A stretch of 64,000 nucleotides of DNA, from NCBI GenBank assembly GCA_963668025.2, contig CAXXTH010000021.1, positions 50,854-114,853 of the forward strand. Direction: 5' to 3'. The translations under genes were made by a program, and so were the position numbers. Below the pieces are notes generated by a model, which saw nothing but the letters and a program-made list of their open reading frames with translations, did no database searches and was not told where the DNA came from. The DNA is from Candidatus Hydrogenedentota bacterium. GTDB lineage: Bacteria > Hydrogenedentota > Hydrogenedentia > Hydrogenedentales > SLHB01. Below are positions 46,990 to 57,400 of this stretch, piece by piece; the first letter of the stretch is position 1; every line of letters begins with the position of its first letter.

Positions 46990-49152
46990 ATGGCGCAAAA
47001 AAAACGCCGAGAAGAACAGGCTACTGTCCTCTATCCGCCGGATGAGCGGCATAAGGTGCGGATGCGTTCGGTGTTGTGGGCGTTTCTTTTGGGATTGGGA
47101 TGGATCTCGATTGGGCTGGTGAGCCTGTACCTAAGCCCGGAATGGGATTTTAGCGCCGAGGACCAATACCATTTGGGCGAAGTGATCATACCCAAGCCTC
47201 GAGGCACCATTTTTGACTGCAATCAAAATATCCTGGCGATGGACCGCGACGCCTCTTCGCTTTCCGCGGACCCGATGCGCATCGTTCAGCCCGATCAAAC
47301 GGCGCAAATCCTAAGCGAGAAACTGGGGCTCGATGAGAGCCAGGTGTATGAGCGCCTTACCCGCAGGCGCGCCGATGGCGCGCCCATGCGTTTTGTATGG
47401 ATCAAGCGCTGGCTTACTCCGGAAGAATGCGGCGTATTGGGCGATGTCAAAAAGATCGCGGAAGGCCTCTGCATAGAATCCGAACCGGTCCGCTATTATC
47501 CCCAAGACGCCTTGGCGGCCCATATCCTCGGCTTTGTGAACCGGGAGCGAATTGGAAGCGAAGGCGTCGAGATGCTCTTCGAGAACAAATTGATGACCAC
47601 TCCGGAGCGCCGGGTGGCGTGGAAGGATACTAGTTCGAGCCGCAGCCCCATTCTGCTTCCCTCATTTACCAAGGAATATGAGCCTGCCAGTGGCGGCGAC
47701 GATGTGTATCTCACTTTGGATTCTCGGATCCAGGATCGCCTTGAACGTGAACTCGATGCCGCCCTGGTGCGATGCAAGGCGGAGTCGGCCATGGGCCTGC
47801 TCATGGACCCAAAGACAGGCGCGATACTGGCCTTGGCTTGCCGCCCGGCATTCAATCCCAATCTGTACATGGATGCGCAGGATGAATTGCGGAAGAACCG
47901 GGCGGTGTTGGATGTATTCGAGCCGGGTTCTTCGTTCAAAATTGTCACGGCGAGCGCGGCGCTCGAGACGGGCGTCATCAAGCCTTCGAGCCCCATTAAC
48001 TGCGAAGGCGGTGTTTTTTATCCCTATGCGGGCCGTCGGATCACCGATACACATAAGCTCGGCGTAGCGCCGTTTTCGGATTGTTTCGCGGAATCGAGCA
48101 ATATCGCCATGATTAAGCTGGCTGCGCTCATCGGCGGTAAAAGCCTTGATGATTATATCCAACGGTTCCGTTTTGGCCAGAAGACCAGCCGTGATTTTCC
48201 CATCGAGAGCGCTGGCATTTATCGGCCTCTTGGCAAATGGTCCCGCGCATCCATTGTCTCGCTGCCCATGGGCCAAGAGGTGGCAGTCACCATGCCCCAG
48301 CTTGCGCGGGCGTACAGCGCCATTGCGAATGGGGGCTACCTTGTCGAGCCTCATGTGGTGGACCGCGCGGTGAGCCGGGATGGGGAGACCACGTACCAAT
48401 TCGAGTCTGGCCTGCCCCAGCGCATCATCCATGAAGATACCGCCCGCATCATGCGCGAGTTGTGCCATGAAGTTGTCACTAAAGGAACAGGCGTATACGC
48501 CAATATAGATGAGTACCGGGTTTGCGGGAAGACGGGTACGGCCCAGATCGCCAAGCTGGATGGCTCCGGATATTATAAGGATCAGTACAACACGGTTTTC
48601 GCTGGATTTGCTCCTCTCGCTGATCCGCGCATTTGCGGTGTCATTGTGGTGCGCTCTCCCATGATACGGATGCATTATGGCGGATATGTTTGCGGCCCGA
48701 TATTCCGAAAGGTGGTCCGGGAAGCCCTTGTGCTTTTGAATTGCCCTGTTGATCCGGTGCAGGTGGAAGTAAAAATCCCCATCGATTATCTGGGCGGCCC
48801 GGCTGAAGAAGAGGCCCCTGAAGATGATGCGGACACCATACTTGCCCGGCTGGATACTGGGCAAGATGCATTTCCCGCCAGTGATTTACTCGCCCCGCTC
48901 GATGAGTTGAAGCTTACCTTGCCGGTTTTAGATATACCTACGGACGGGCCGGTAATGCCTAGTTTTCGCGGTATGACGAAGCATCAGGCCGGGGAAAAGG
49001 CCAATGAATTAGGAATAAAATGGACCGCGCGGGGAAGCGGCTGGGTGGTGTATCAGGACCCGCCCGTAGGCACTCCGCTCGCTGAGGTGAATGTGTGCCG
49101 TTTGGTTTTTTCGAATAACCGGGGCGAATCTGAAACGCCGCAAAATGGGTAG
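46990..49152 (+). CDS. ftsI: Penicillin-binding protein 3 with C-terminal PASTA domain
   Basis: RGTIFD, EPGSSFK (SxxK), SSN, KTGTAQ. Confidence 0.93.
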   Translation: MAQKKRREEQATVLYPPDERHKVRMRSVLWAFLLGLGWISIGLVSLYLSPEWDFSAEDQYHLGEVIIPKPRGTIFDCNQNILAMDRDASSLSADPMRIVQPDQTAQILSEKLGLDESQVYERLTRRRADGAPMRFVWIKRWLTPEECGVLGDVKKIAEGLCIESEPVRYYPQDALAAHILGFVNRERIGSEGVEMLFENKLMTTPERRVAWKDTSSSRSPILLPSFTKEYEPASGGDDVYLTLDSRIQDRLERELDAALVRCKAESAMGLLMDPKTGAILALACRPAFNPNLYMDAQDELRKNRAVLDVFEPGSSFKIVTASAALETGVIKPSSPINCEGGVFYPYAGRRITDTHKLGVAPFSDCFAESSNIAMIKLAALIGGKSLDDYIQRFRFGQKTSRDFPIESAGIYRPLGKWSRASIVSLPMGQEVAVTMPQLARAYSAIANGGYLVEPHVVDRAVSRDGETTYQFESGLPQRIIHEDTARIMRELCHEVVTKGTGVYANIDEYRVCGKTGTAQIAKLDGSGYYKDQYNTVFAGFAPLADPRICGVIVVRSPMIRMHYGGYVCGPIFRKVVREALVLLNCPVDPVQVEVKIPIDYLGGPAEEEAPEDDADTILARLDTGQDAFPASDLLAPLDELKLTLPVLDIPTDGPVMPSFRGMTKHQAGEKANELGIKWTARGSGWVVYQDPPVGTPLAEVNVCRLVFSNNRGESETPQNG

Positions 49153-49164
49153 AAACAGGGATCT

Positions 49165-50643
49165 ATGACGCTGCAAGAACTGAAAGAACTGCTTGGCTTA
49201 TCTGGGCCGGAATGCGGCGGAGCTCCCGTGGCGGGCGTCACGGAAGATTCGAGGCGTGTGCAAGCTGGCTGGGTGTTTTTTGCCGCCCCAGGCGAGCATG
49301 TGGACGGCCATGACTTCGCCGGGGCGGCTGTCCAGGCAGGTGCGATAGCGATTGTAGGCGGGCGGCAGGGCGTGGAGGCTTTATATGGAGCGCCTTATTT
49401 GTATTCACCGCAGCCGCGCCGCGCATTGGGCATAGCCGCCCACGCCCTTGCGGGTGATCCGTCGCGGCGGATGTCGGTCATTGGCGTTACGGGGACGAAT
49501 GGCAAGTCGAGTTCCGTACTGGCGTTGCACCATGTGTTCCAGGCTTGCGGATACAAATCCGCCAGCTTCGGCACCTTGGGCTATGATATTGCGGGAACGC
49601 TCCTTCCCGCCCCGCATACGACCCCTTTCGCGGAGGATTTGGCTGATTTATTCAAGCGCGCCGCCGACGCGGGCGTCGCGTATGCGGCCATGGAGGCCAG
49701 TTCGCATGCCCTTGAACAGGAGCGTGTCGCGGGAATCGAGTTTGATGCCGCTTCTTTCACGAATCTGACGCAGGACCATCTGGATTACCACAAGGACATG
49801 GATGCGTACCGCAACGCCAAACTGCGCCTTTTCGAGCGTATCGAGGGGCCGGGGCGTTTCACCGTGGTCAACCGGGATGATCCCAGCGCGGAGGCTTTCA
49901 TCCGCGCCTCACATGTGCCGTGCCATACGTATGGGGCCAAAGCGGATTGCCGCGCCGTGGGGGTGTCGGTATCGGTGGGGCGCACCCGTTTCACCGTTCA
50001 TACTCCTTGGGGCTCGGCTCCCATCGAAATGCGCCTGCTGGGCCGCCATAACGTATCCAACATACTAGGCGTCATCGCAGTGGCTTGCGGATTTGGCCTG
50101 CCTCTCGAGGGGGTGGCGGCCGCTATCGGCGGCATGCCGTGCGTTCCCGGCCGCTTCGAGCATGTGGACGCCGGGCAGAACTTCCAAGTGATCGTGGATT
50201 ACGCCCACACGGAAGACGGTTTGCGCAATGTGCTGCGCGCGGCGCGCGAGATCTGCAAAGGGCGCATCATCACGGTCTTTGGCTGCGGCGGCGACCGCGA
50301 CAAAACCAAGAGGCCGAAAATGGCCATGGCCGTGGCTGAGCTTAGTGATTTTTCCATCCTCACTTCGGATAACCCCCGCACGGAAGAGCCCGCACGCATA
50401 CTTCTCGATATTGAGGTGGGCATGCAGCGCGCTGGCAAGCGCAAGACGGATGACTACCTCATGCTCCTCGACCGCGCCGAAGCCATCGAGGCCGCTATCG
50501 GCATGGCCCAGCCGGGCGGGCTGATCCTCATTGCCGGAAAAGGGCACGAGGACTATCAAATCCTGGGAACCCAGCGCATCCATTTTGACGACCGCGAAGC
50601 CGCCCGGGCCGCTCTGGAGCGGCGGGGCGTACGCCGGGACTGA
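49165..50643 (+). CDS. murE: UDP-MurNAc-tripeptide synthetase (meso-DAP)
   Basis: GTNGKS, DHLDYH, DYAHT, DNPR, GKGHE. Confidence 0.97.
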   Translation: MTLQELKELLGLSGPECGGAPVAGVTEDSRRVQAGWVFFAAPGEHVDGHDFAGAAVQAGAIAIVGGRQGVEALYGAPYLYSPQPRRALGIAAHALAGDPSRRMSVIGVTGTNGKSSSVLALHHVFQACGYKSASFGTLGYDIAGTLLPAPHTTPFAEDLADLFKRAADAGVAYAAMEASSHALEQERVAGIEFDAASFTNLTQDHLDYHKDMDAYRNAKLRLFERIEGPGRFTVVNRDDPSAEAFIRASHVPCHTYGAKADCRAVGVSVSVGRTRFTVHTPWGSAPIEMRLLGRHNVSNILGVIAVACGFGLPLEGVAAAIGGMPCVPGRFEHVDAGQNFQVIVDYAHTEDGLRNVLRAAREICKGRIITVFGCGGDRDKTKRPKMAMAVAELSDFSILTSDNPRTEEPARILLDIEVGMQRAGKRKTDDYLMLLDRAEAIEAAIGMAQPGGLILIAGKGHEDYQILGTQRIHFDDREAARAALERRGVRRD

Positions 50644-50769
50644 TTTTATCCGCCGTTTGTGGCAGAATACGCAGGCCTAATGCAGTTGGAGAGGGGCCCG
50701 CCTGTGCGCACCCATTCTGTCCATGGAGTTGCATCCCCGGCGGGAGCTTGCCGGGCTAGGAAGACACAT

Positions 50770-52119
50770 ATGCCTTGGAGCCATACCTTACATGAATTGG
50801 CCGCCGCTATCGGCGCCGAGCCGCCGCAGGCGGATGTTTCCTTCAGCGGGGTCTCGACGGATACCCGAACCATCCAACGGGGTTCCGTTTTCTTTGCACT
50901 AAACGGTGAACGCTTTGATGGCAATGTTTTCGTGGCGGAAGCTTTCGCCAAGGGCGCTTGCGCCGCCGTGGCCAGCCGTCTTTCTGAAGCGGGGCCATGC
51001 TTGGTGTCGCCGGAGCCCTTGAAGGCGCTGCAAGCCTTCGCGGCATGGCGTCGCATGCAATACCATGCGCCTCTTATCGCTATCACGGGTTCATGCGGGA
51101 AGACATCGACGAAAGATTACACCGCGGCAGTGCTGGCGTCGAAATACCGTGTGGTGAAAACCCAGGGCAACCTCAATAATGATATCGGCTGCCCGCTGTC
51201 GCTGTTGCGTTTGGACCAGGACACCGAACGTGCGGTCATCGAAATGGGTGCGAACCACATCGGGGAGATTGCCTCGTTGTGCGCGCTGGCCCGCCCCACG
51301 GAAGCGGCGATCACGTTGATCGCGCCATCACATCTCGAGGGCTTCGGCAGTATCGAGAATATCGCAAAGGCTAAAAGCGAGATCATCGATGCGCTGCCAT
51401 CGGACGGTGTTTTTTATGTCAATGTGGATAATCCGTGGTGCGTGCGGATCGCTGAATCATTTCATGGGGAGAAGATCAGCTTCGGCAGCCATGGCGATGT
51501 GGTGGTGGAATCGTGTGCGCTGGAGCCGCTGGGCGAAATGTGCGTGCGGATCGCGCCGGTGGGCGAAATGCGCCTTCCGCTATCCTGCCCCGCGCATGCC
51601 TGGAACGTCGCGCTGGCGGTTGCCATCGGCCTGCGCCACGGTGTGGAACAATTCGAGGAGCCGCTGCGCGCCGCCTGTCTTTCCACTACGCGGTTCAAGG
51701 TGTTGAAATATAACGGCGCGGAGATCATTGATGACACCTACAACGCCAATCCGGCTAGTATGGCGGCTTCGCTCGAGGCCCTTGCGGCGCGCCCCGTACG
51801 CAAACGGATTGCCGCTCTCGGGGACATGCTCGAACTGGGCGCGTACGCCGGGGAACTTCACCGGGAGCTGGGCGCATTAACAGGAAAGCTAGGCATTGAC
51901 TGTGTTTTTGCGCGGGGCGAATACGCCCATGAAATTACCGCAGGCGCACGCGGGGCTGGCGTTTCCCATGCGGAAGTGCTCCAGGAGCCTTCCAGCATGG
52001 CCGCCGCCATTCAGGAAATGCTAAGCCCCGGCAGCGCGCTCTTGGTGAAAGGTTCGCGGGGCATGAAGATGGAGCGTGTTATTGAAGAGCTGCAAACGAC
52101 GGAAGAAGCAGGTAATTAG
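50770..52119 (+). CDS. murF: UDP-MurNAc-pentapeptide synthetase
   Basis: TGSCGKT, GNLNN, DTYNANP, KGSRG. Confidence 0.96.
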   Translation: MPWSHTLHELAAAIGAEPPQADVSFSGVSTDTRTIQRGSVFFALNGERFDGNVFVAEAFAKGACAAVASRLSEAGPCLVSPEPLKALQAFAAWRRMQYHAPLIAITGSCGKTSTKDYTAAVLASKYRVVKTQGNLNNDIGCPLSLLRLDQDTERAVIEMGANHIGEIASLCALARPTEAAITLIAPSHLEGFGSIENIAKAKSEIIDALPSDGVFYVNVDNPWCVRIAESFHGEKISFGSHGDVVVESCALEPLGEMCVRIAPVGEMRLPLSCPAHAWNVALAVAIGLRHGVEQFEEPLRAACLSTTRFKVLKYNGAEIIDDTYNANPASMAASLEALAARPVRKRIAALGDMLELGAYAGELHRELGALTGKLGIDCVFARGEYAHEITAGARGAGVSHAEVLQEPSSMAAAIQEMLSPGSALLVKGSRGMKMERVIEELQTTEEAGN

Positions 52120-53547
52120 ATGTTATATTACATAGCAGTTTTGTTGAAAGACGCCTTCAATCCGGCGAATGTATTGACCTACCATACCGTGCGCGCGGCA
52201 GGGGCGGCCATCACGGGTTTTTTAGTGGCGCTGCTTATTGGCCCCGCAGTGATCCGGCAATTGCGTTATTTGAAAGTCGGGCAATATATCCGGGAAGATC
52301 ATGTCAAAGACCTTCATGAGCTTCACAAGAAAAAAGCGGGAACGCCTACGATGGGCGGCGCGCTTATTTTGCTGTCGACGCTCATCTCTCTTGCGCTTTG
52401 GGGCCGCTGGAACCGGCTGCTGGTGGTGGCCCTCCTTGTCTTTATTGCCCTGGGCGCGGTGGGCTTTTTGGACGACTATATCAAGCTGGTCCGCAAGAAT
52501 AACAAAGGCTTGAGCGCCAAGGCCAAATTCACCGGCCAGATTATCGTGGGCTTTATTTTGGGTGTCTATCTTGTGGTTTTTTCGATCACGCCGCCGCCGA
52601 CGCGCCTGACTCGCGTCGATGTGCTCGATTGGAACACGGCGGAGAACGCCATGCATGAAATTGGTGCGACGGGCGCTCCGACGGAGGCGGCCTTGTCTGG
52701 CCTTTCCGACCGGGAGCGGGAAGATGCGGTGCTTTTGGCGCTCAACACGGCGATCCAAAGCGGACGGCTGCGTGCGTTTTTTGAGCGCCCTGGCGTTGCG
52801 CTTACCGCCGAAGCGAAAATGTTTCTCCGTGAAACGCCAGATTCGTTCAGCGGGCAAGAAGTGCAGCGCATGAACCGAGTGGCCCTTGAATGCGCGTTTC
52901 CTGATGCGTTTGGCGCCACCACGGCGGATTTGCATACGAAGATAGAGATCCCCGGGCTCCGCAATGTGTTTATACCGCTGGGCATCGGCTATGTCTTATT
53001 TGTTTTGGTGATCATCGTCGGTTCATCGAACGCCGTTAATTTGACCGATGGCCTTGACGGCCTCGCCATTGGCGCATCCGTCATCTCGCTCATGGCTTAT
53101 ACGGCCATCGCCTATGTGGTGAGCCGCGCCGATTGGTCGCGCTATCTTTTTCTCGTCCATGTGCCGGAAGCCTCGGAGCTCACGGTCTTCGGTGCGGCGC
53201 TGCTCGGGACGGGGTTAGGCTTTATGTGGTTTAATTCGCATCCAGCGGAAGTATTCATGGGCGATACGGGTTCCCTCGCCCTTGGCGGCGCATTAGGCAC
53301 CATGGCGATACTCACCAAACAAGAGCTTCTTTTGCTTGTGGTGGGCGGGCTTTTTGTCATCGAGGCGGGTAGTGTGATCTTGCAAGTGGCGTCGTTTAAA
53401 TTGCGCCGCAAACGGATTTTTAAAATGGCGCCGTTGCACCACCATTTTGAACTTATGGGTTGGTCGGAGACGAAGGTCGTAATCCGTTTTTGGATCATCG
53501 CCATCATTTTCGCCTTGCTGAGCCTGTCGGCTCTGAAACTAAGGTGA
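52120..53547 (+). CDS. mraY: Phospho-MurNAc-pentapeptide transferase with large insertion
   Basis: GTPTMGG, DDY, NAVNLTDGLDGL, FMGDTG, APLHHHFE; 475 aa. Confidence 0.96.
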   Translation: MLYYIAVLLKDAFNPANVLTYHTVRAAGAAITGFLVALLIGPAVIRQLRYLKVGQYIREDHVKDLHELHKKKAGTPTMGGALILLSTLISLALWGRWNRLLVVALLVFIALGAVGFLDDYIKLVRKNNKGLSAKAKFTGQIIVGFILGVYLVVFSITPPPTRLTRVDVLDWNTAENAMHEIGATGAPTEAALSGLSDREREDAVLLALNTAIQSGRLRAFFERPGVALTAEAKMFLRETPDSFSGQEVQRMNRVALECAFPDAFGATTADLHTKIEIPGLRNVFIPLGIGYVLFVLVIIVGSSNAVNLTDGLDGLAIGASVISLMAYTAIAYVVSRADWSRYLFLVHVPEASELTVFGAALLGTGLGFMWFNSHPAEVFMGDTGSLALGGALGTMAILTKQELLLLVVGGLFVIEAGSVILQVASFKLRRKRIFKMAPLHHHFELMGWSETKVVIRFWIIAIIFALLSLSALKLR

Positions 53548-53551
53548 CGCC

Positions 53552-54940
53552 ATGAATGTGCGCGGCAAAAAGATAGTCGTCGTTGGCATGGGCCGGACCG
53601 CCATGGCGTTGATCCGATTATTGGTGCGGGAAGGGGCTTTGCCCGTTGTCACGGAAAGCGGAGACGGCCCCCGCTTGGACGTGTTCAAGCAGGAGCTTCG
53701 GGAGCTTGGCATTCCCTTCGAGTGCGGCGGCCATACGGCCAGCACATTTGAGAAGGCGGATTTTGTCATTCCGAGCCCTGGCGTTTCTCCGCGCAACGAA
53801 CATATCCGCCGCGCCCTCTACGATGGGGTGGCGATCCTTGGCGAGATGGAGTTTGCTTATCGTTTTTGCCATGCCCCTATCCTGGCGGTGACAGGCACTA
53901 ATGGCAAAACCACCGTCACTACGATGCTGCATCATCTCATCACCGCATGCGGGCGTACGGCTGTTCTCGCGGGAAACAACGATCTGCCTTTTTCCGCCGC
54001 TGTGATGATGGACCCCCAGCCGGAGTTTTTTATCATTGAAGTGAGCAGTTACCAGCTCGAGACGGCCTGGGTGTTCCGCCCATGGATCGCGGCGGTATTG
54101 AATGTCACCCCGGATCACCTTGAACGCCATCAGTCCATCGCCCAATACGCCAGTATTAAGAGCAAGATTTTCGCGCGGCAGGGCCCGGGCGATTTTGCGG
54201 TGGTGAATGCCGATGATGATTGGGCAGGTGACATGTCCGCGCCTAATGGCGCTTCTTTATGGGCCTACAGCATAGAAGGCCCCGTGCCCGATGGGTTGTG
54301 GGTCGAGGGAGATATCATATTCCAAAGTGAGAGCGCCAAAAACCTCGATACCGAAGCCGCCCACTTGAGTGATAATCCGCTTCCGGGCAGGCATAATATC
54401 CAGAACGCGCTTGCCGCCCTCACGATGCTGCGGGCGGGGCAATTCGATTGGCCGCGCGTGCTCGATGGGCTGCGCTCGTTCAAAGGGGTTGAACACCGGA
54501 TCGAGTATGTCGCCACGGTTCACGGCGTGGCGTTTTACAATGACTCGAAATCCACCAACATCGACAGCCTCAAAGTGGCCCTCGAAAGTTTTGAAGCGCC
54601 GATGGTTCTCATTGCAGGCGGGCGGGGCAAAGGCTCCGATTACGGCGTGCTGCGGGAACTCATCCGCAAGCACGTAAAAGCGCTTGTAACTATCGGAGAA
54701 GACGCCCCCTTGCTGGAAGAAGCATTTGGCGGCGTGGTGGGCTCGTGCGAGCGGGCCGAGGATATGAACAGCGCTGTACAAGCCGCCGCCGCCGCCGCGT
54801 CGCCAGGCGACGTGGCGCTGTTATCGCCTGCCTGTGCGAGCTTTGATATGTTTGACAATTTTGAGCATCGCGGCCGCGTGTTCAAGGAATGTGTTTGCCG
54901 GTATGCCGCGGCGCAAGGAGATGGCGCGGATGCCTCGTGA
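53552..54940 (+). CDS. murD: UDP-MurNAc-L-Ala--D-Glu ligase
   Basis: GTNGKTT, SSYQL, NDSKSTN, SPACASFD. Confidence 0.96.
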   Translation: MNVRGKKIVVVGMGRTAMALIRLLVREGALPVVTESGDGPRLDVFKQELRELGIPFECGGHTASTFEKADFVIPSPGVSPRNEHIRRALYDGVAILGEMEFAYRFCHAPILAVTGTNGKTTVTTMLHHLITACGRTAVLAGNNDLPFSAAVMMDPQPEFFIIEVSSYQLETAWVFRPWIAAVLNVTPDHLERHQSIAQYASIKSKIFARQGPGDFAVVNADDDWAGDMSAPNGASLWAYSIEGPVPDGLWVEGDIIFQSESAKNLDTEAAHLSDNPLPGRHNIQNALAALTMLRAGQFDWPRVLDGLRSFKGVEHRIEYVATVHGVAFYNDSKSTNIDSLKVALESFEAPMVLIAGGRGKGSDYGVLRELIRKHVKALVTIGEDAPLLEEAFGGVVGSCERAEDMNSAVQAAAAAASPGDVALLSPACASFDMFDNFEHRGRVFKECVCRYAAAQGDGADAS

Positions 54941-56045
54941 AACCATCATCCTGGTCAATGCCGTGCTTGCCTTGGTGTTGGTAGGCGTCCTTGTGGTGTT
55001 TAGCGCAGGTTCAGCCCTGGCTTTGGATGGCAAAACGGAGCTGCACTACACGCTTCTAATGGATCATCTGATTCGTGTAGGCATCGGCCTTGCGTTCATG
55101 CTGATAGCGGCCCGCTTCGATTACCACCATTACCGCAGCCGTTCGGTGCTTTGGATACTCATGGGATTTGCCGCATTGCTCCTGGTGCTTGTGCTCGTGC
55201 AGGGATTCCAATTTCGCGGGGCGAGCCGCTGGCTGCAGCTTGGCGGCATTCGGGTTCAACCTTCCGATATGGCGAAATTAGTGGTCATCCTGGTGCTGGC
55301 GGTTAAGCTATCCGAGAATCAAGAGCGCATCACGAGCTTCTGGCGTGGATTTGTTCCGCCGATGGTTTTGGCCGGTTTTTTCATGGCGTTGATTGTGTTC
55401 GAACGGGATATCGGCACCCCCGTGGTCATTGGCGCGACCGCCGTGCTCATGGTGTTCATGGCAGGCGCGCGGCTTTGGCATATCGGGATGAGCATAGGCC
55501 CGGCAGTCTTGATGGTGGGGCTGTATATTGTTTTCAATGAGCATGCCCAGCGCCGGATCGCCGCGTTCCGTGATCCGCTGACGCTTCGCAATGACGAAGG
55601 CTTCCAGCTCACGCAGAGCTTGTGGGCATTCAGCCGGGGCGGGCTTTGGGGCCAAGGCCTCGGGGCTGGCCAGGGGAAATTAGGGTATATTTACGCTTCT
55701 GTGTCTGACTTTGCTTTTGCTATATGGGGTGAAGAAATGGGCTTGGCGGGAACGCTGCTCGTGGCGGCCCTGTTTGCCTTGTTCATCATCATGGCTATCC
55801 GGATCGCCGCGAATGCGCCCGATTTGCTGGGCTCGCTTATCGCCGGGGGCATTGGCTCGCTTATAACCTTCCAGGCTGTCCTCAATATGGCCATCACCAC
55901 AGGGCTTTTACCTACGAAAGGCCTGACGCTTCCCTTCATCAGTTATGGCGGCACGGCGACGGTGTTTTACTTGACGATGGTGGGCGTGCTCGTGAATGTA
56001 GGCTCCCAGATCATACAGCCAGCCCATGCGCGTACGCCGGCATAG
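54930..56045 (+). CDS. ftsW: Peptidoglycan glycosyltransferase FtsW
   Basis: GASRW, QPSD, PTKGLTLPFISYGG. Confidence 0.94.
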   Translation: MPRETIILVNAVLALVLVGVLVVFSAGSALALDGKTELHYTLLMDHLIRVGIGLAFMLIAARFDYHHYRSRSVLWILMGFAALLLVLVLVQGFQFRGASRWLQLGGIRVQPSDMAKLVVILVLAVKLSENQERITSFWRGFVPPMVLAGFFMALIVFERDIGTPVVIGATAVLMVFMAGARLWHIGMSIGPAVLMVGLYIVFNEHAQRRIAAFRDPLTLRNDEGFQLTQSLWAFSRGGLWGQGLGAGQGKLGYIYASVSDFAFAIWGEEMGLAGTLLVAALFALFIIMAIRIAANAPDLLGSLIAGGIGSLITFQAVLNMAITTGLLPTKGLTLPFISYGGTATVFYLTMVGVLVNVGSQIIQPAHARTPA

Positions 56046-56088
56046 TCTAGGGCTGGCGCAAGTTTTTTTTTATTTAGGGGCGAATGAG

Positions 56089-57180
56089 ATGCGAATCATG
56101 ATCACGGGCGGCGGCACGGGCGGACATACTTCCCCCGCATGCGCTATCATAGAAGAACTGCAAAAGCGCGATCCCCAGCTCATCTTGCAATGGGTAGGCC
56201 GCGCGCATGGCATCGAGGAGCGTATTTGCCGGGCGCGGGCGTATCCGTTCCGCTCCATCTGGGTGGAGGGATGGCCACGCGGGCGGAGCCTGCGCAAGGC
56301 GTGGGCTGCCATCAAGCTGGGCGTGAGCATGCTTCAATGCATGCTGTTCTTGCGCAAGTTCAAGCCCCAGGCGGTGATTGGCGTGGGGGGTTATGTGTCG
56401 CTGCCGCTCATGTATATGGCCCAGCGGGCAGGAATTCCGACTTTTCTGCATGAGCAAAACCGGCTTTTGGGCATGTCGAACCGCATATGCGCGCCACGCG
56501 CCACGCGTATTTTTCTTAGCTATTCCGACACAAAGGGCGATTTTCCCGTTGAGCGCGCCATATTGGCGGGAAACCCCGTGCGTCCGGGATTTATCCATCC
56601 GCCCTCGCGTGAAGAGGCCCTTGCCGCCTTTGGGCTCGAATCCCATGCGCCGGTGGTTCTTGTCGTAGGCGGCAGCCAAGGCGCGCAACACCTCAATGAA
56701 GCCTTGGCCAGCGCGCTTCCCTTATTTAAAGAAGGTGAAGCCCAGTTTATTTGGATGACAGGCGTATCAGGCGCAAACGCCGCGCGGGAGGCTGCGGCGC
56801 AAGCGGCCATTTCCGTCCATGTTTTCCCCTTCATTGATGATATGCCCGCCGCATGCGCCGCCGCGGACCTCATTCTGAGCCGTTCTGGCGCATCGAGCAC
56901 TGCGGAAATCGCCGTGATGCGAAAACCCAGCATCCTGGTGCCTTATCCTCATGCCACGGATAACCACCAAGAACAGAATGCGCGGGCTTTTGAAGCGCAT
57001 GGCGCGTCGCAGGTGCTCCTGGATGCGGAATGCACGCCGGAACGGCTGGCTTCATTGGTGCGCGGCCTGCTTGCCGAGCCCGAGCGGTTGTCCGCCATGG
57101 GACGGGCGGCGGGCGCATTAGCCAAGCCTGCCGCCGCGGAGCGCATCGCGGATGAAATACTCGCCTTGGCGTTTCACTGA
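56089..57180 (+). CDS. murG: MurG glycosyltransferase
   Basis: GGGTGGH, HEQN, GNPVR, GGSQGA, HQEQNA. Confidence 0.96.
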   Translation: MRIMITGGGTGGHTSPACAIIEELQKRDPQLILQWVGRAHGIEERICRARAYPFRSIWVEGWPRGRSLRKAWAAIKLGVSMLQCMLFLRKFKPQAVIGVGGYVSLPLMYMAQRAGIPTFLHEQNRLLGMSNRICAPRATRIFLSYSDTKGDFPVERAILAGNPVRPGFIHPPSREEALAAFGLESHAPVVLVVGGSQGAQHLNEALASALPLFKEGEAQFIWMTGVSGANAAREAAAQAAISVHVFPFIDDMPAACAAADLILSRSGASSTAEIAVMRKPSILVPYPHATDNHQEQNARAFEAHGASQVLLDAECTPERLASLVRGLLAEPERLSAMGRAAGALAKPAAAERIADEILALAFH

Positions 57181-57219
57181 ATAACGAGGCATGGCCGTAA
57201 CCAAAGCGTTTTGTTTTTT

Positions 57220-57248
57220 ACCGCGAATGAACGCGAATGAACGCGAAT
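57220..57248 (+). repeat. Solo triple 10-bp arm (CGCGAATGAA)
   Basis: ACCGCGAATGAACGCGAATGAACGCGAAT. Confidence 0.7.
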
Positions 57249-57400
57249 GCATCTGGGACACAACGTCCGAAACGGTTCGGGATTATTTTGATAGGTGTTG
57301 GTTTTTATAAAAACTTCGCAAGAAAACAATGCGCTTTGATGTAGTTATGTAGTAACGAGCTTATTTTGAATTTGAAGATGCGAATGTTTGGCCTAGTATC

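Noticed and set aside
52582-52935. Intein in MraY
   Set aside because: No Cys/Ser start or His-Asn end motif.
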